Origin: Planctomycetales bacterium
GTDB lineage: Bacteria; 4484-113; JAFGCY01
NCBI GenBank assembly: GCA_022646745.1
Contig: CP060262.1
Span: 3,330,001-3,362,000, forward strand
Direction: 5' to 3'
DNA length: 32,000 nt
In this document: one piece after another, positions 1-6,941 of the stretch
Position numbering within the stretch: position 1 is the first letter of the stretch
Layout: every line of letters begins with the position of its first letter
The notes under the pieces: generated by a model
The model's input: only the letters and a program-made list of their open reading frames with translations
Database searches by the model: none
Told to the model about the DNA's origin: nothing
Program-made: the position numbers and the translations under genes

Positions 1-140
1 CGGGTTATCGTAATGGCTTACCCCTTCCTACCGGAATAAGGGTCGTAAGAAGGGGCATTTACACGTTCGTCGGAAGGGGTAGACGACCTCTTTCCAGAGG
101 ACTGAGCAGACTCAAAGTAGGTTCGAAGGTCAGCCAGGAG

Positions 141-231
141 GGGCTGCCAACCGGAACTTTCACCGCGCTCCGCGAGGAGCGCGTAAGGCAGAATCCAATC
201 CCAGAGCGCATTTCGGGAATTAACTCGCAGG
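141..231. repeat. IR-L: inverted 91-bp copy of the recombinase 3' end plus the 3'-terminal 9 nt of tRNA-Glu
   Basis: The reverse complement of 141-231 equals 2551-2641 at 90 of 91 positions; the only mismatch is 219 versus 2563. I first noticed it as the shared peptide RNALWDWILPYALLAERGESSGWQP in ORFs 18..470(-) and 1142..2644(+), then checked it base by base. Confidence 0.92.
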
Positions 232-237
232 GTTGGG

Positions 238-266
238 TTGTGCCTTCCTACAGTCAGGCAGATAAT
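238..266 (+). promoter_or_regulatory. Candidate sigma-70-type promoter of the MBL-recombinase operon, just inside IR-L
   Basis: -35-like TTGTGC (238-243), 17-nt spacer, -10-like GATAAT (261-266), 9 nt before ATG 276. This competes with an AGGGG Shine-Dalgarno reading at 269-273; both cannot be functional for the same transcript. Confidence 0.3.
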
Positions 267-275
267 GTAGGGGTT

Positions 276-1145
276 ATGGACATTCGAATCTTTGACGTTG
301 AACACGGCGATTGCATCTTGATTCTGAGTTCCAAGAATGAGGCCGTACTTGTAGATTGTGGTTGGAACCACACAACCGGCTGGAGAGTGTCCGATGGGTT
401 GGCAAAGCAAGGCTTTGGTAGTCGCCGGAAGCTCCATCATGTAATCATCACTCATCCAGACCAGGATCATGTTGCCGACCTACCAAACGTGCTTGAGACA
501 CTCAAGCCAATTCATGTCTGGCAACATCCTCAGTTGTATCTCAAGAACATCGCAGACTTAAAGGCCACGCTCAGTCTGGCGCAGAGTGCCTACCTTGCCA
601 GCCGGAAGTCTACTACGGAGCTTCAACCACTTGAGGCATCCAGACAGTTTCGGACAATGGAACTACACCAGTTCTACCTGCCGGTCGGCTCGGTGCGGGA
701 CGTTAACGACCTGTCGCTGGTAACGTTCCTCAAGGAAGATGGATTCACCGTCTGCCTGCCTGGTGACCTGAATGCTCGTGGCTGGCGTCTGCACTTGCAG
801 AACAAGGCGTTCCAGTACTGGCTTCGAGAGACAAACCTGTTCATTGCCTCACATCATGGCCGGATGTCCGGCTATCTCGACAAGGTGTTTGAATACCTCT
901 CTCCCAAACTGATTGCCATTTCCGACAAAGAGCAGACCAAAGGCAGGACAGTCACTCAGCGCGCGCCATACACTGACCATACCAGAGGCGTGAAAATGAA
1001 GGATGGCAGCTTCCGGCGCGTCCTGACAACCCGTGGCGATGGCAGAATCAGAATTGTCGTCAAAGATGGAAAGTGGGAAGTGGAAACCTCTCGCTCTCAA
1101 ACCAGTTATTCAAAACCATATTCCAACTCTAAGGAAAAACCATGA
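276..1145 (+). CDS. Stand-alone MBL-fold metallo-hydrolase, ComEC/Rec2-type beta-lactamase domain
   Basis: Starts MDIRIFDVEHGDCILI, has the metal motif ITHPDQDH, and a late IASHHG motif followed by P.LIAIS. All are typical of the ComEC C-terminal MBL domain. The stop overlaps the recombinase ATG (ATGA at 1142-1145). The ORF track start of 240 is a GTG; ATG 276 is preferred. Confidence 0.8.
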   Translation: MDIRIFDVEHGDCILILSSKNEAVLVDCGWNHTTGWRVSDGLAKQGFGSRRKLHHVIITHPDQDHVADLPNVLETLKPIHVWQHPQLYLKNIADLKATLSLAQSAYLASRKSTTELQPLEASRQFRTMELHQFYLPVGSVRDVNDLSLVTFLKEDGFTVCLPGDLNARGWRLHLQNKAFQYWLRETNLFIASHHGRMSGYLDKVFEYLSPKLIAISDKEQTKGRTVTQRAPYTDHTRGVKMKDGSFRRVLTTRGDGRIRIVVKDGKWEVETSRSQTSYSKPYSNSKEKP

Positions 1146-2644
1146 GCACTCCATCAGAGAACAAATTGAGATATCTGGCCTACTTCCGCAAATCCACCGA
1201 AAGTGATGAACGGCAGGTTCAGAGCATCCCTGACCAGAAGGATTGGGCTAACAAGGTTACTAACGAGCATCGGCTTACCATCATCAAGAGTAGGGAAGAA
1301 AGCAAGAGCGCTAAGAAGCCCGGCAGAAGTCAGTTCAATCTCCTGATTAAGGACATAGATGATGGCAAAGGCAACGCCGTTGTCGCATACGATGCTTCTA
1401 GACTGGCCAGAAACGCTCTTGATGGAGCCCGTATCATCGACTTGATGGACTCAGGAAAGCTTCAAGCAATCGTTACTGCTACGAACACGTTTCGCAATAA
1501 CAGCTCTGATAAGTTCATGCTGTCCTTCTTCTTTGCACAGAGCAAGCACTACGTTGACAACCTCAGCGAAGTGACATTGCGTGGAATGCGCAGCAAGGCA
1601 AAGAAGGGAGTATTCCCCGGTAGAGCCAAGTTTGGATATCTCAATCACCCTCGTACAAAGGAAATCGTCCCTGATCCAGAAGTATTCCCATACATCAAGG
1701 AACTGTATGAGATCTATGCCACCGGCTACTACGGCTTGCGGGAGATGTCAGAAGTTTCTTATGACATGGGACTCCGCAACTTCTCAGGTGGCATGTTGTC
1801 AAAGTCCCAGATAATGCGAATCCTGTCCGATCCCTTCTACTACGGAGCCTTCCGCTGGGCAGACGAAGACTATGAAGGCGTCCACGAGCCAGCCGTCTCC
1901 CATGAGCTGTGGGAGGCTGTTGAACGTGTCAGAAGCCACAGAGGACATTCAATCTCCAAGTGGCGCAAGCAGTATCCGTTCCTGGGTATGTTCCGCTGTG
2001 AGGAATGTGGAGCTTCCATCACTGCCGAGAAGCACACCAAGAAGTATAAGAACGGCTCCAGCCAGACCTGGCATTACTACCGCTGTACCAAGAAGAGCGG
2101 TACGCTCAAATGCCGTCAGCCCTTCACTAGGGAAGAAGTCCTCAACCAGTCCATTGCTGACCGCCTTCAAAAGATCAGTCTTCGTGAAGACTGCGCGGAA
2201 GCCATGCTGGAGCAGATTGACCGCTGGCAAGCGGAAGAAGGATCACGCGAAAGCGTGCAGATTGTGGAGTTGGAATTTGAAATTGAAAAGATCGAAGCGA
2301 AGCTTCGCAGGCTCACTGACTTGCACATAGATGGGGAGTTGGACATGTCCGACTACAAGAAGCGCAAGAGTGAGCTTATTAAGCAAAAGATCGCGTCGCA
2401 GACGCGCTTGAAGTTGGTTTCGCGAGAGGGGGTACGGGTATGGCTCGAACCCCTGCGAGAGTTAATAAACGCAGTCAGGGAGCGGAATCTCCCGACTGCG
2501 GGAAGTGATCTGCTTGAACTTCGCAACTTTGTTGCGAAGGTTGGCTCGAACCTGCGAGTTAAATCCCGAAATGCGCTCTGGGATTGGATTCTGCCTTACG
2601 CGCTCCTCGCGGAGCGCGGTGAAAGTTCCGGTTGGCAGCCCTAA
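1142..2644 (+). CDS. Large serine recombinase (resolvase/invertase catalytic domain + recombinase domain + zinc ribbon + coiled coil)
   Basis: N-terminal YFRKSTESDERQ places the catalytic Ser in the usual position. DASRLARN is present, as is a Cys-rich zinc ribbon (CEECG...YYRCTKK...KC) and a coiled-coil-like region (EIEKIEAKLRRLTDL). Length is 500 aa. The last 27 codons lie in IR-R and the stop TAA (2642-2644) lies inside the tRNA gene. Confidence 0.9.
   Translation: MSTPSENKLRYLAYFRKSTESDERQVQSIPDQKDWANKVTNEHRLTIIKSREESKSAKKPGRSQFNLLIKDIDDGKGNAVVAYDASRLARNALDGARIIDLMDSGKLQAIVTATNTFRNNSSDKFMLSFFFAQSKHYVDNLSEVTLRGMRSKAKKGVFPGRAKFGYLNHPRTKEIVPDPEVFPYIKELYEIYATGYYGLREMSEVSYDMGLRNFSGGMLSKSQIMRILSDPFYYGAFRWADEDYEGVHEPAVSHELWEAVERVRSHRGHSISKWRKQYPFLGMFRCEECGASITAEKHTKKYKNGSSQTWHYYRCTKKSGTLKCRQPFTREEVLNQSIADRLQKISLREDCAEAMLEQIDRWQAEEGSRESVQIVELEFEIEKIEAKLRRLTDLHIDGELDMSDYKKRKSELIKQKIASQTRLKLVSREGVRVWLEPLRELINAVRERNLPTAGSDLLELRNFVAKVGSNLRVKSRNALWDWILPYALLAERGESSGWQP
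2551..2641. repeat. IR-R: 91-bp partner of IR-L, covering the recombinase C-terminal codons and tRNA-Glu positions 68-76
   Basis: See IR-L. The outer edge of identity is exactly at 2641/2642. Beyond it, taacggg does not match ctcctgg, the reverse complement of the IR-L flank. Confidence 0.92.
2599..2618. repeat. Perfect 8-4-8 dyad CGCGCTCC-TCGC-GGAGCGCG inside IR-R, with an identical copy at 164-183 in IR-L
   Basis: Read directly from the sequence. The arms are perfectly complementary and the 4-nt centre is asymmetric. Confidence 0.85.
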
Positions 2645-2708
2645 CGGGACTCGAACCCGTGTTTCCGCCTTGAGAGGGCGGCGTCCTAGGCCACTAGACG
2701 ATAGGGCC
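2633..2708 (-). tRNA. tRNA-Glu, anticodon CTC, with encoded CCA
   Basis: The manual cloverleaf is GGCCCTA TC GTCT-AGTGGCCT-AGGAC G CCGCC CTCTCAA GGCGG AAAC ACGGG TTCGAGT CCCGT TAGGGCT G CCA. The D arm and 4-nt variable loop resemble bacterial tRNA-Glu. Pair 1-72 is a G-U wobble. Confidence 0.88.
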
Positions 2709-2720
2709 GCGCGGACGATG

Positions 2721-2748
2721 ATGATAACACAATTTCCTGATTTGTGAA
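2721..2748 (-). promoter_or_regulatory. Candidate promoter of tRNA-Glu
   Basis: On the minus strand there is TTCACA (2748-2743), a 16-nt spacer, then TGt-TATCAT (extended -10, hexamer 2726-2721). This lies 12 nt upstream of the mature tRNA 5' end. Confidence 0.4.
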
Positions 2749-2803
2749 GTGCGTTTGAAGATGTCCGGCAGACCCGATCAAATGCACTTTGCAGGCGGCT
2801 CTG

Positions 2804-2832
2804 GTGACCCTCCCCGCCGCCTCCCCTACAAT
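2804..2832 (+). promoter_or_regulatory. Candidate glyA promoter
   Basis: GTGACC (2804-2809), 17-nt spacer, TACAAT (2827-2832). It is followed by a leader carrying AGGAG at 2853-2857. Confidence 0.35.
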
Positions 2833-2866
2833 ATCCATGAGCAGATCGCTCAGGAGAGAGATGACC

Positions 2867-4159
2867 ATGGAATGGTTTTCCGCACTGCGTGAATCAGACC
2901 CGAACGTGTTCAAGGCGATTGCCGACGAGACCTGGCGCCAGCATGAGAAGCTGGAACTGATTGCCAGCGAGAACTTCGTGGACCAGGCCGTGCTCGAGGC
3001 GCTGGGCCAGCCGATGCAGAACAAGTACGCCGAGGGCTACCCGAAGAAGCGCTACTACGGCGGTTGCGAATTCGTCGATGAGGTGGAGAAGTTCGCCCGC
3101 ATCCGCGCCAAGAAGCTGTTCGGCGCGGACCATGCCAACGTCCAGCCCCACAGCGGCGCGCAGGCCAACAGCGCTGCCTATGCAGCCTTCATGAATCCCG
3201 GTGACACCCTGATGGGCATGGAACTCAGCCACGGCGGTCACCTGACCCATGGCCATCCGCTGAACTCCAGTGGCAAGCTGTACAAGATCGTGGCCTACGG
3301 AGTTGATCCGGAGACCGAGCGCCTGAACTACGACATGGTGCGCAAGGTGGCACAGGACAACAAGCCCAAGGTGATCATGGTCGGCGCCAGCGCCTACCCG
3401 CGCTTCATCGACTTCAAGGCGATGCGTGAAATCGCGGATGAGGTCGGCGCGCTGCTGTTCGTTGACATGGCGCACATCGCCGGACTCGTGGCGGGCGGGG
3501 TGCATCCCAGCCCGGTGCCCTATGCCGACGTTGTCACCACCACGGTGCACAAGACCCTGCGCGGCCCCCGCAGCGGCATGATCCTCTGCCGTGAGGAACA
3601 TGCCAAGGCGATCGACATGGCGGTCTTCCCCGGCCACCAGGGTGGCCCGCACATGCATGTGATCGCTGCCAAGGCTGTCTGCTTCGGCCAGGCACTGAAG
3701 GATGAGTTCAAGGCCTACGCTCGCCAGGTTGTCAAGAATGCCCAGGAGCTGGCTGACGAACTGAGCGGACAGGGCCTGCGCCTCGTAAGCGGCGGCACTG
3801 ACAACCACCTGATCCTCGCCGATGTGAAGGGCAGCTTCGGACTGACCGGCAAGGATGCCGAGGAGCGCCTGGACAGCGTCGGCATCACCCTCAACAAGAA
3901 CACCATTCCCTTCGACCAGGAGAAGCCCTTCATCGCCAGCGGCATCCGCCTCGGCACACCGGCGCTGACAACCCGCGGCTTCCGTGAGCCGGAGTTCCGC
4001 CGTGTGGCAGCGCTGATCATCAAGGCGCTGAAGAACGAGATGACTGACAGCCTGCGTGATGAGATCAACAGTGAAGTCAAGGACCTGACAAGCTCCCTGC
4101 CACTCTACCCTGAACTGAACGCGATCCTCGGCGGGGGCAGCGAGAGCGCCGGCGGATGA
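2867..4159 (+). CDS. glyA: Serine hydroxymethyltransferase
   Basis: Motifs [23 protein letters not shown] and [12 protein letters not shown] (PLP lysine region). The start is placed at ATG 2867, 9 nt after AGGAG; ATG 2861 is an alternative. The ORF-track start of 2789 is probably too far upstream. Confidence 0.93.
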   Translation: MEWFSALRESDPNVFKAIADETWRQHEKLELIASENFVDQAVLEALGQPMQNKYAEGYPKKRYYGGCEFVDEVEKFARIRAKKLFGADHANVQPHSGAQANSAAYAAFMNPGDTLMGMELSHGGHLTHGHPLNSSGKLYKIVAYGVDPETERLNYDMVRKVAQDNKPKVIMVGASAYPRFIDFKAMREIADEVGALLFVDMAHIAGLVAGGVHPSPVPYADVVTTTVHKTLRGPRSGMILCREEHAKAIDMAVFPGHQGGPHMHVIAAKAVCFGQALKDEFKAYARQVVKNAQELADELSGQGLRLVSGGTDNHLILADVKGSFGLTGKDAEERLDSVGITLNKNTIPFDQEKPFIASGIRLGTPALTTRGFREPEFRRVAALIIKALKNEMTDSLRDEINSEVKDLTSSLPLYPELNAILGGGSESAGG

Positions 4160-4974
4160 ACCGTGAAGCCGCACTGAGCAGCCAGGCAAGCATCCTGCTG
4201 GCAATGGCCCGCGTGGGCTTTGCCAGCTACATCGCATACCCGGCGGGCATCTTCATGGTGTTCCTCTCCTACCCGATCATCATCATGATGTACCGCTATG
4301 TGATGCAAGCGCTGTATGCCAACGCGGAGAAACTTGCCGGCTACGACCTGCAGGCGATGCTGACCTACGTCACCGTGAGCTGGCTGCTCAACACCTTCTA
4401 TATGACACCTACCGGGCGTACGCTCGGTGCCCGCGTGCGCGACGGACAGGTGGCAATGGACCTGATCAAGCCCGTCAACCTGATGATGATCTACTTTGGC
4501 CAGAGCCTCGGCCGCACGGCCTTCCGCGCCGTGTTCGCCACCCTGCCGCTGCTGTTCGTCTTCCTGTTCATCACGCGCATCAACGCCCCGGCTGATGGCT
4601 ACCTGCCGATGCTGATCCCCGCAGTGATCCTTGGCTACCTGCTGAACTTCACGATGGACTACATCATCGGCCTGATTGCCTTCTACATCGGCTTCAACAT
4701 GGGCATCCGCTGGGCGATCCGCATGATCATGGGTATCGCGGGCGGGATGGTGATCCCGTTGGCATACTTCCCTGACACGATCAGAAAGTTCTTCGAGCTG
4801 TTCCCGACGCAGTACATGTTCTACCAGCCGATGCAGATCTACCTCGGACGGGTGTCACAGCATGATGCCTGGATCATCGTGCTCAACAGCCTGCTGTGGG
4901 TGCTGTTCCTGGTGCTGTTCTCACAGGTCATGCAATGGGGCGGCCAAAAGCGCCTGAGCGTGAGTGGTGGCTAA
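4156..4974 (+). CDS. ABC-2-type transporter permease (uncharacterised DUF990-like family), about six transmembrane segments
   Basis: Hydrophobic 272-aa protein with a DLIKPVNLM-type motif recalled from this permease family. ATGA overlap with the glyA stop. No ATPase or second permease gene is nearby. Confidence 0.5.
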   Translation: MNREAALSSQASILLAMARVGFASYIAYPAGIFMVFLSYPIIIMMYRYVMQALYANAEKLAGYDLQAMLTYVTVSWLLNTFYMTPTGRTLGARVRDGQVAMDLIKPVNLMMIYFGQSLGRTAFRAVFATLPLLFVFLFITRINAPADGYLPMLIPAVILGYLLNFTMDYIIGLIAFYIGFNMGIRWAIRMIMGIAGGMVIPLAYFPDTIRKFFELFPTQYMFYQPMQIYLGRVSQHDAWIIVLNSLLWVLFLVLFSQVMQWGGQKRLSVSGG

Positions 4975-4987
4975 GGCTGTTGCTCGT

Positions 4988-4993
4988 TATAAT
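4988..4993 (+). promoter_or_regulatory. -10 box TATAAT 6 nt upstream of ATG 5000 (leaderless-type promoter for the HicB-like gene)
   Basis: TATAAT-caggat-ATG read directly. No usable Shine-Dalgarno spacing is present. Confidence 0.4.
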
Positions 4994-4999
4994 CAGGAT

Positions 5000-5155
5000 A
5001 TGAAAATCCCTGTAATCCTGAGGAACGGTGAATCCGGATGGATCGTGGCTTCAGCACCAACACTGCCAGGTTGCCATAGTCAGGGCAAGACCCGCGAGGA
5101 AGCGCTCGCCAATATCAAGGAAGCGATTGAGTTTTTTTTTGAGGATGAAGTATAG
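5000..5155 (+). CDS. HicB-like antitoxin family protein (UPF0150), 51 aa
   Basis: MKIPVILRNGESGWIVASAPTLPGCHSQGKTREEALANIKEAIEFF matches the short HicB/UPF0150 pattern (..PGC.tqG.T.EEAl.n.kEAi). No HicA-like partner is present on either side. Confidence 0.7.
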   Translation: MKIPVILRNGESGWIVASAPTLPGCHSQGKTREEALANIKEAIEFFFEDEV

Positions 5156-5223
5156 AGATCTCTCTGCTCTCTGTGGTTAAACCCTCTGAGCCCCCGTTGT
5201 CAGCTTTACAGCTGAGCTCCATT

Positions 5224-5241
5224 GTGCGACTGAAGTCGCAC
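5224..5241. terminator. Hairpin GTGCGAC-TGAA-GTCGCAC between the convergent hicB-like and rnj genes
   Basis: Perfect 7-bp stem 6 nt beyond the rnj stop. There is no adjacent U-tract on either strand, so terminator function is uncertain. Confidence 0.3.
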
Positions 5242-5246
5242 CTCCG

Positions 5247-6938
5247 CTAGCCCCTGACCTTGGCCTCGGCATTCTCCGCATAGGCAACCATTCCGATCAC
5301 AACCGGGTTGATGCGGGTCTGCTGGAAGATGATCTTCTGGATCACGTTCTGCACGTTGTTCGTCAACTGCAGGCGGTACTCCGGGCTGCGCATCTTGTTG
5401 CGGTGGATCGAATTGACAATCCCTTCCTCGATTCGTTCGAACAGGTCAGGTGCTTGGCTCGGTTGCAGGAAGCCGCGCCCCATCAGCTCCGGTCCGCTGA
5501 TCACCTCGCTGCCATCGGCGCTCAGCACCACGTTGAAGAGCAGCAGGCCGTCCTCAGCGAGGGCCAGGCGCTCATTGAGGATACGGCGTGAGACGTCCGC
5601 GCCCTCACCGGCGATGTAGACCTCACCGGCCTTGAATGTGCCATCAAGCTCCCACTGCCCGGGGTGGATCGCATAGATCTTGCCGAGCTCGGAGATGATG
5701 ATGTTCTCCTCGTCGTAGCCCCAGTGCATTGCCAGCTTCTTGAAACGCATCTGGTGGCGGAAGTAGCCATGCGTCGGCAGCAGGTAGTCAGCGTCAGCCA
5801 TCTGCACGTAGCGCTGGATCTCATCCTGGTAACCGTGTCCACTGACATGCACGCCGGTTGAGGTGCCGTAGATCACTTCCGCGCCCTGGCGGAACAGGTC
5901 GTCAATCACCGAGAATATCGCGATCTCGTTGCCGGGGATCGGCCGGGCGCTGAAGATGAACAGGTCATTCTCCATCACGTGGATGAAGCGGTGCTCCTGG
6001 TTGGCAATGCGCGCCATCGCGGCCATCGCCTCACCCTGGCTGCCGGTCAGCAGCACCATCAGCTTGTTCGGCTTGACCGAGTCGATGTCATTCGGGTTGA
6101 TCAGGGTGTTGGGCGGCACCTTCATGTAACCCATGTCCTGGCAGGTCTGCACGTTGTCAACCATCGTGCGCCCGACCACCAGCACCTTGCGCCCCTGGCG
6201 CACCGCGACGTCAATCGCCTGCTGCAGGCGGTGGATGTTGCTGGCGAATGTCGTGATCAGCACGCGGCCGTCATGCATTGCGACGTAGTTGTCGAGGTTC
6301 TCGAAGATCGAGGTTTCGCTCTTGGAATGCCCGGGCTGCTCGATGTTGGTCACATCGATTGACAGCGCCATCACGCCCTCGCGTCCGATGCGCTCCAGCT
6401 TGGCGAAGTCCGTCAGCTTGCCGTCCACCGGTGAGGGGTCGAACTTGAAGTCACCGCTGTGCAGGTACCAGCCCTGCGGGGTCTTGACCGCAATGCTGCA
6501 GGTGTCCGGGATGCTGTGGGTGACTCGGATAGTCGCCACCTGGATCCCGCTCACCTCGAAGTCGTCACCGGGCGTGAACTCGATCAGCTTGACGTTGTCA
6601 ATTGCGAACTCGGAAAGCTTGCGCCGCAGCAGGGCCAGTGTGAAGCGGCTGCCATAGATCGGTGGCGGGCTCTTCAGGTCCTGCAGCAGGTAGGTCAGCG
6701 CACCGATGTGGTCCTCGTGGCCATGCGTCAGCAGGATGCCCTTCAGCCGGTGCTGGTTCTTCACGATGTGGGTGAAGTCCGGGATCACGATGTCGATCCC
6801 GAAGGAATGCGCATCCGGGAAGGACATGCCGACGTCGATCAGGAGTAGCTTACCCTGGATGTCCAGTGCATAGCAGTTCTTGCCGATTTCGCCGACCCCG
6901 CCGATGCTCATCCAGCGCAGGCTGTCCGTCTGGTTCAT
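5247..6938 (-). CDS. rnj: Ribonuclease J (MBL / beta-CASP RNase)
   Basis: N-terminal SIGGVGEIGKNCYALD, metal motif LLTHGHEDHIGAL, 563 aa with a beta-CASP-type middle region. GAGG lies 11 nt upstream of the ATG, inside the sepF 3' end. Confidence 0.9.
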   Translation of the reverse strand: MNQTDSLRWMSIGGVGEIGKNCYALDIQGKLLLIDVGMSFPDAHSFGIDIVIPDFTHIVKNQHRLKGILLTHGHEDHIGALTYLLQDLKSPPPIYGSRFTLALLRRKLSEFAIDNVKLIEFTPGDDFEVSGIQVATIRVTHSIPDTCSIAVKTPQGWYLHSGDFKFDPSPVDGKLTDFAKLERIGREGVMALSIDVTNIEQPGHSKSETSIFENLDNYVAMHDGRVLITTFASNIHRLQQAIDVAVRQGRKVLVVGRTMVDNVQTCQDMGYMKVPPNTLINPNDIDSVKPNKLMVLLTGSQGEAMAAMARIANQEHRFIHVMENDLFIFSARPIPGNEIAIFSVIDDLFRQGAEVIYGTSTGVHVSGHGYQDEIQRYVQMADADYLLPTHGYFRHQMRFKKLAMHWGYDEENIIISELGKIYAIHPGQWELDGTFKAGEVYIAGEGADVSRRILNERLALAEDGLLLFNVVLSADGSEVISGPELMGRGFLQPSQAPDLFERIEEGIVNSIHRNKMRSPEYRLQLTNNVQNVIQKIIFQQTRINPVVIGMVAYAENAEAKVRG

Positions 6939-6941
6939 TAA

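Larger units (their letters stand above)
1..2644. mobile_element. Lower-GC accessory cassette (MBL-fold hydrolase + large serine recombinase) abutting tRNA-Glu. The right boundary is at 2641/2642 inside the tRNA acceptor stem. The left boundary is undefined and may extend beyond the window start.
   Basis: By eye GC drops to about 50% here versus about 60% in the rest of the window. The region contains a recombinase gene, ends exactly inside the tRNA 3' end, and has 91-bp inverted repeats at 141-231 and 2551-2641. Confidence 0.6.

Noticed and set aside
60-149. Possible tRNA or tRNA fragment on the plus strand ending in GGGCTGCCA, with a GGTTCGAAGG T-loop-like motif.
   Set aside because: The flanks of the TTCGAA motif cannot form a T-stem, and no acceptor, D or anticodon arms can be drawn. 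Only the 9-nt repeat-derived end resembles a tRNA.
3-275. The plus-strand frame of the MBL gene is open from the window edge, suggesting a longer N-terminal extension.
   Set aside because: There is no ATG, GTG or TTG before 240. The translation is Arg/Gly-rich and uses many AGA/AGG/ATA/CGA codons. The MBL fold begins naturally at MDIRIFDVEHGD. The openness is explained by the codon-aligned coding-like sequence on the opposite strand. A start outside the window cannot be fully excluded.
2709-2866. Riboswitch or leader element (for example ZTP/pfl or T-box) upstream of glyA.
   Set aside because: I could not find the conserved ZTP cores (GGGTCGTGACTGGCG-like and CCGCCTGGGCA-like) or a T-box specifier and antiterminator. 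The space is taken up by the tRNA promoter and a plausible glyA promoter.
2894-4237. 447-aa ORF antisense to glyA. Similar long antisense ORFs occur at 9606..10607 (ftsA), 14540..15670 (Cache-HAMP), 17279..18082 (iaaA), 18122..18883 (DUF4127), 21074..22216 (rpoD) and 25813..26943 (VWA-FHA).
   Set aside because: These are typical stop-free shadow frames of GC-rich genes. The translations are low-complexity (rich in A, G, R, H, L and V) with no recognisable motifs, while the opposite strand carries unmistakable conserved proteins.
5156-5246. A missing HicA toxin ORF next to the HicB-like gene.
   Set aside because: There is no open frame of useful length in any of the six frames. The spacer contains only two small hairpins.
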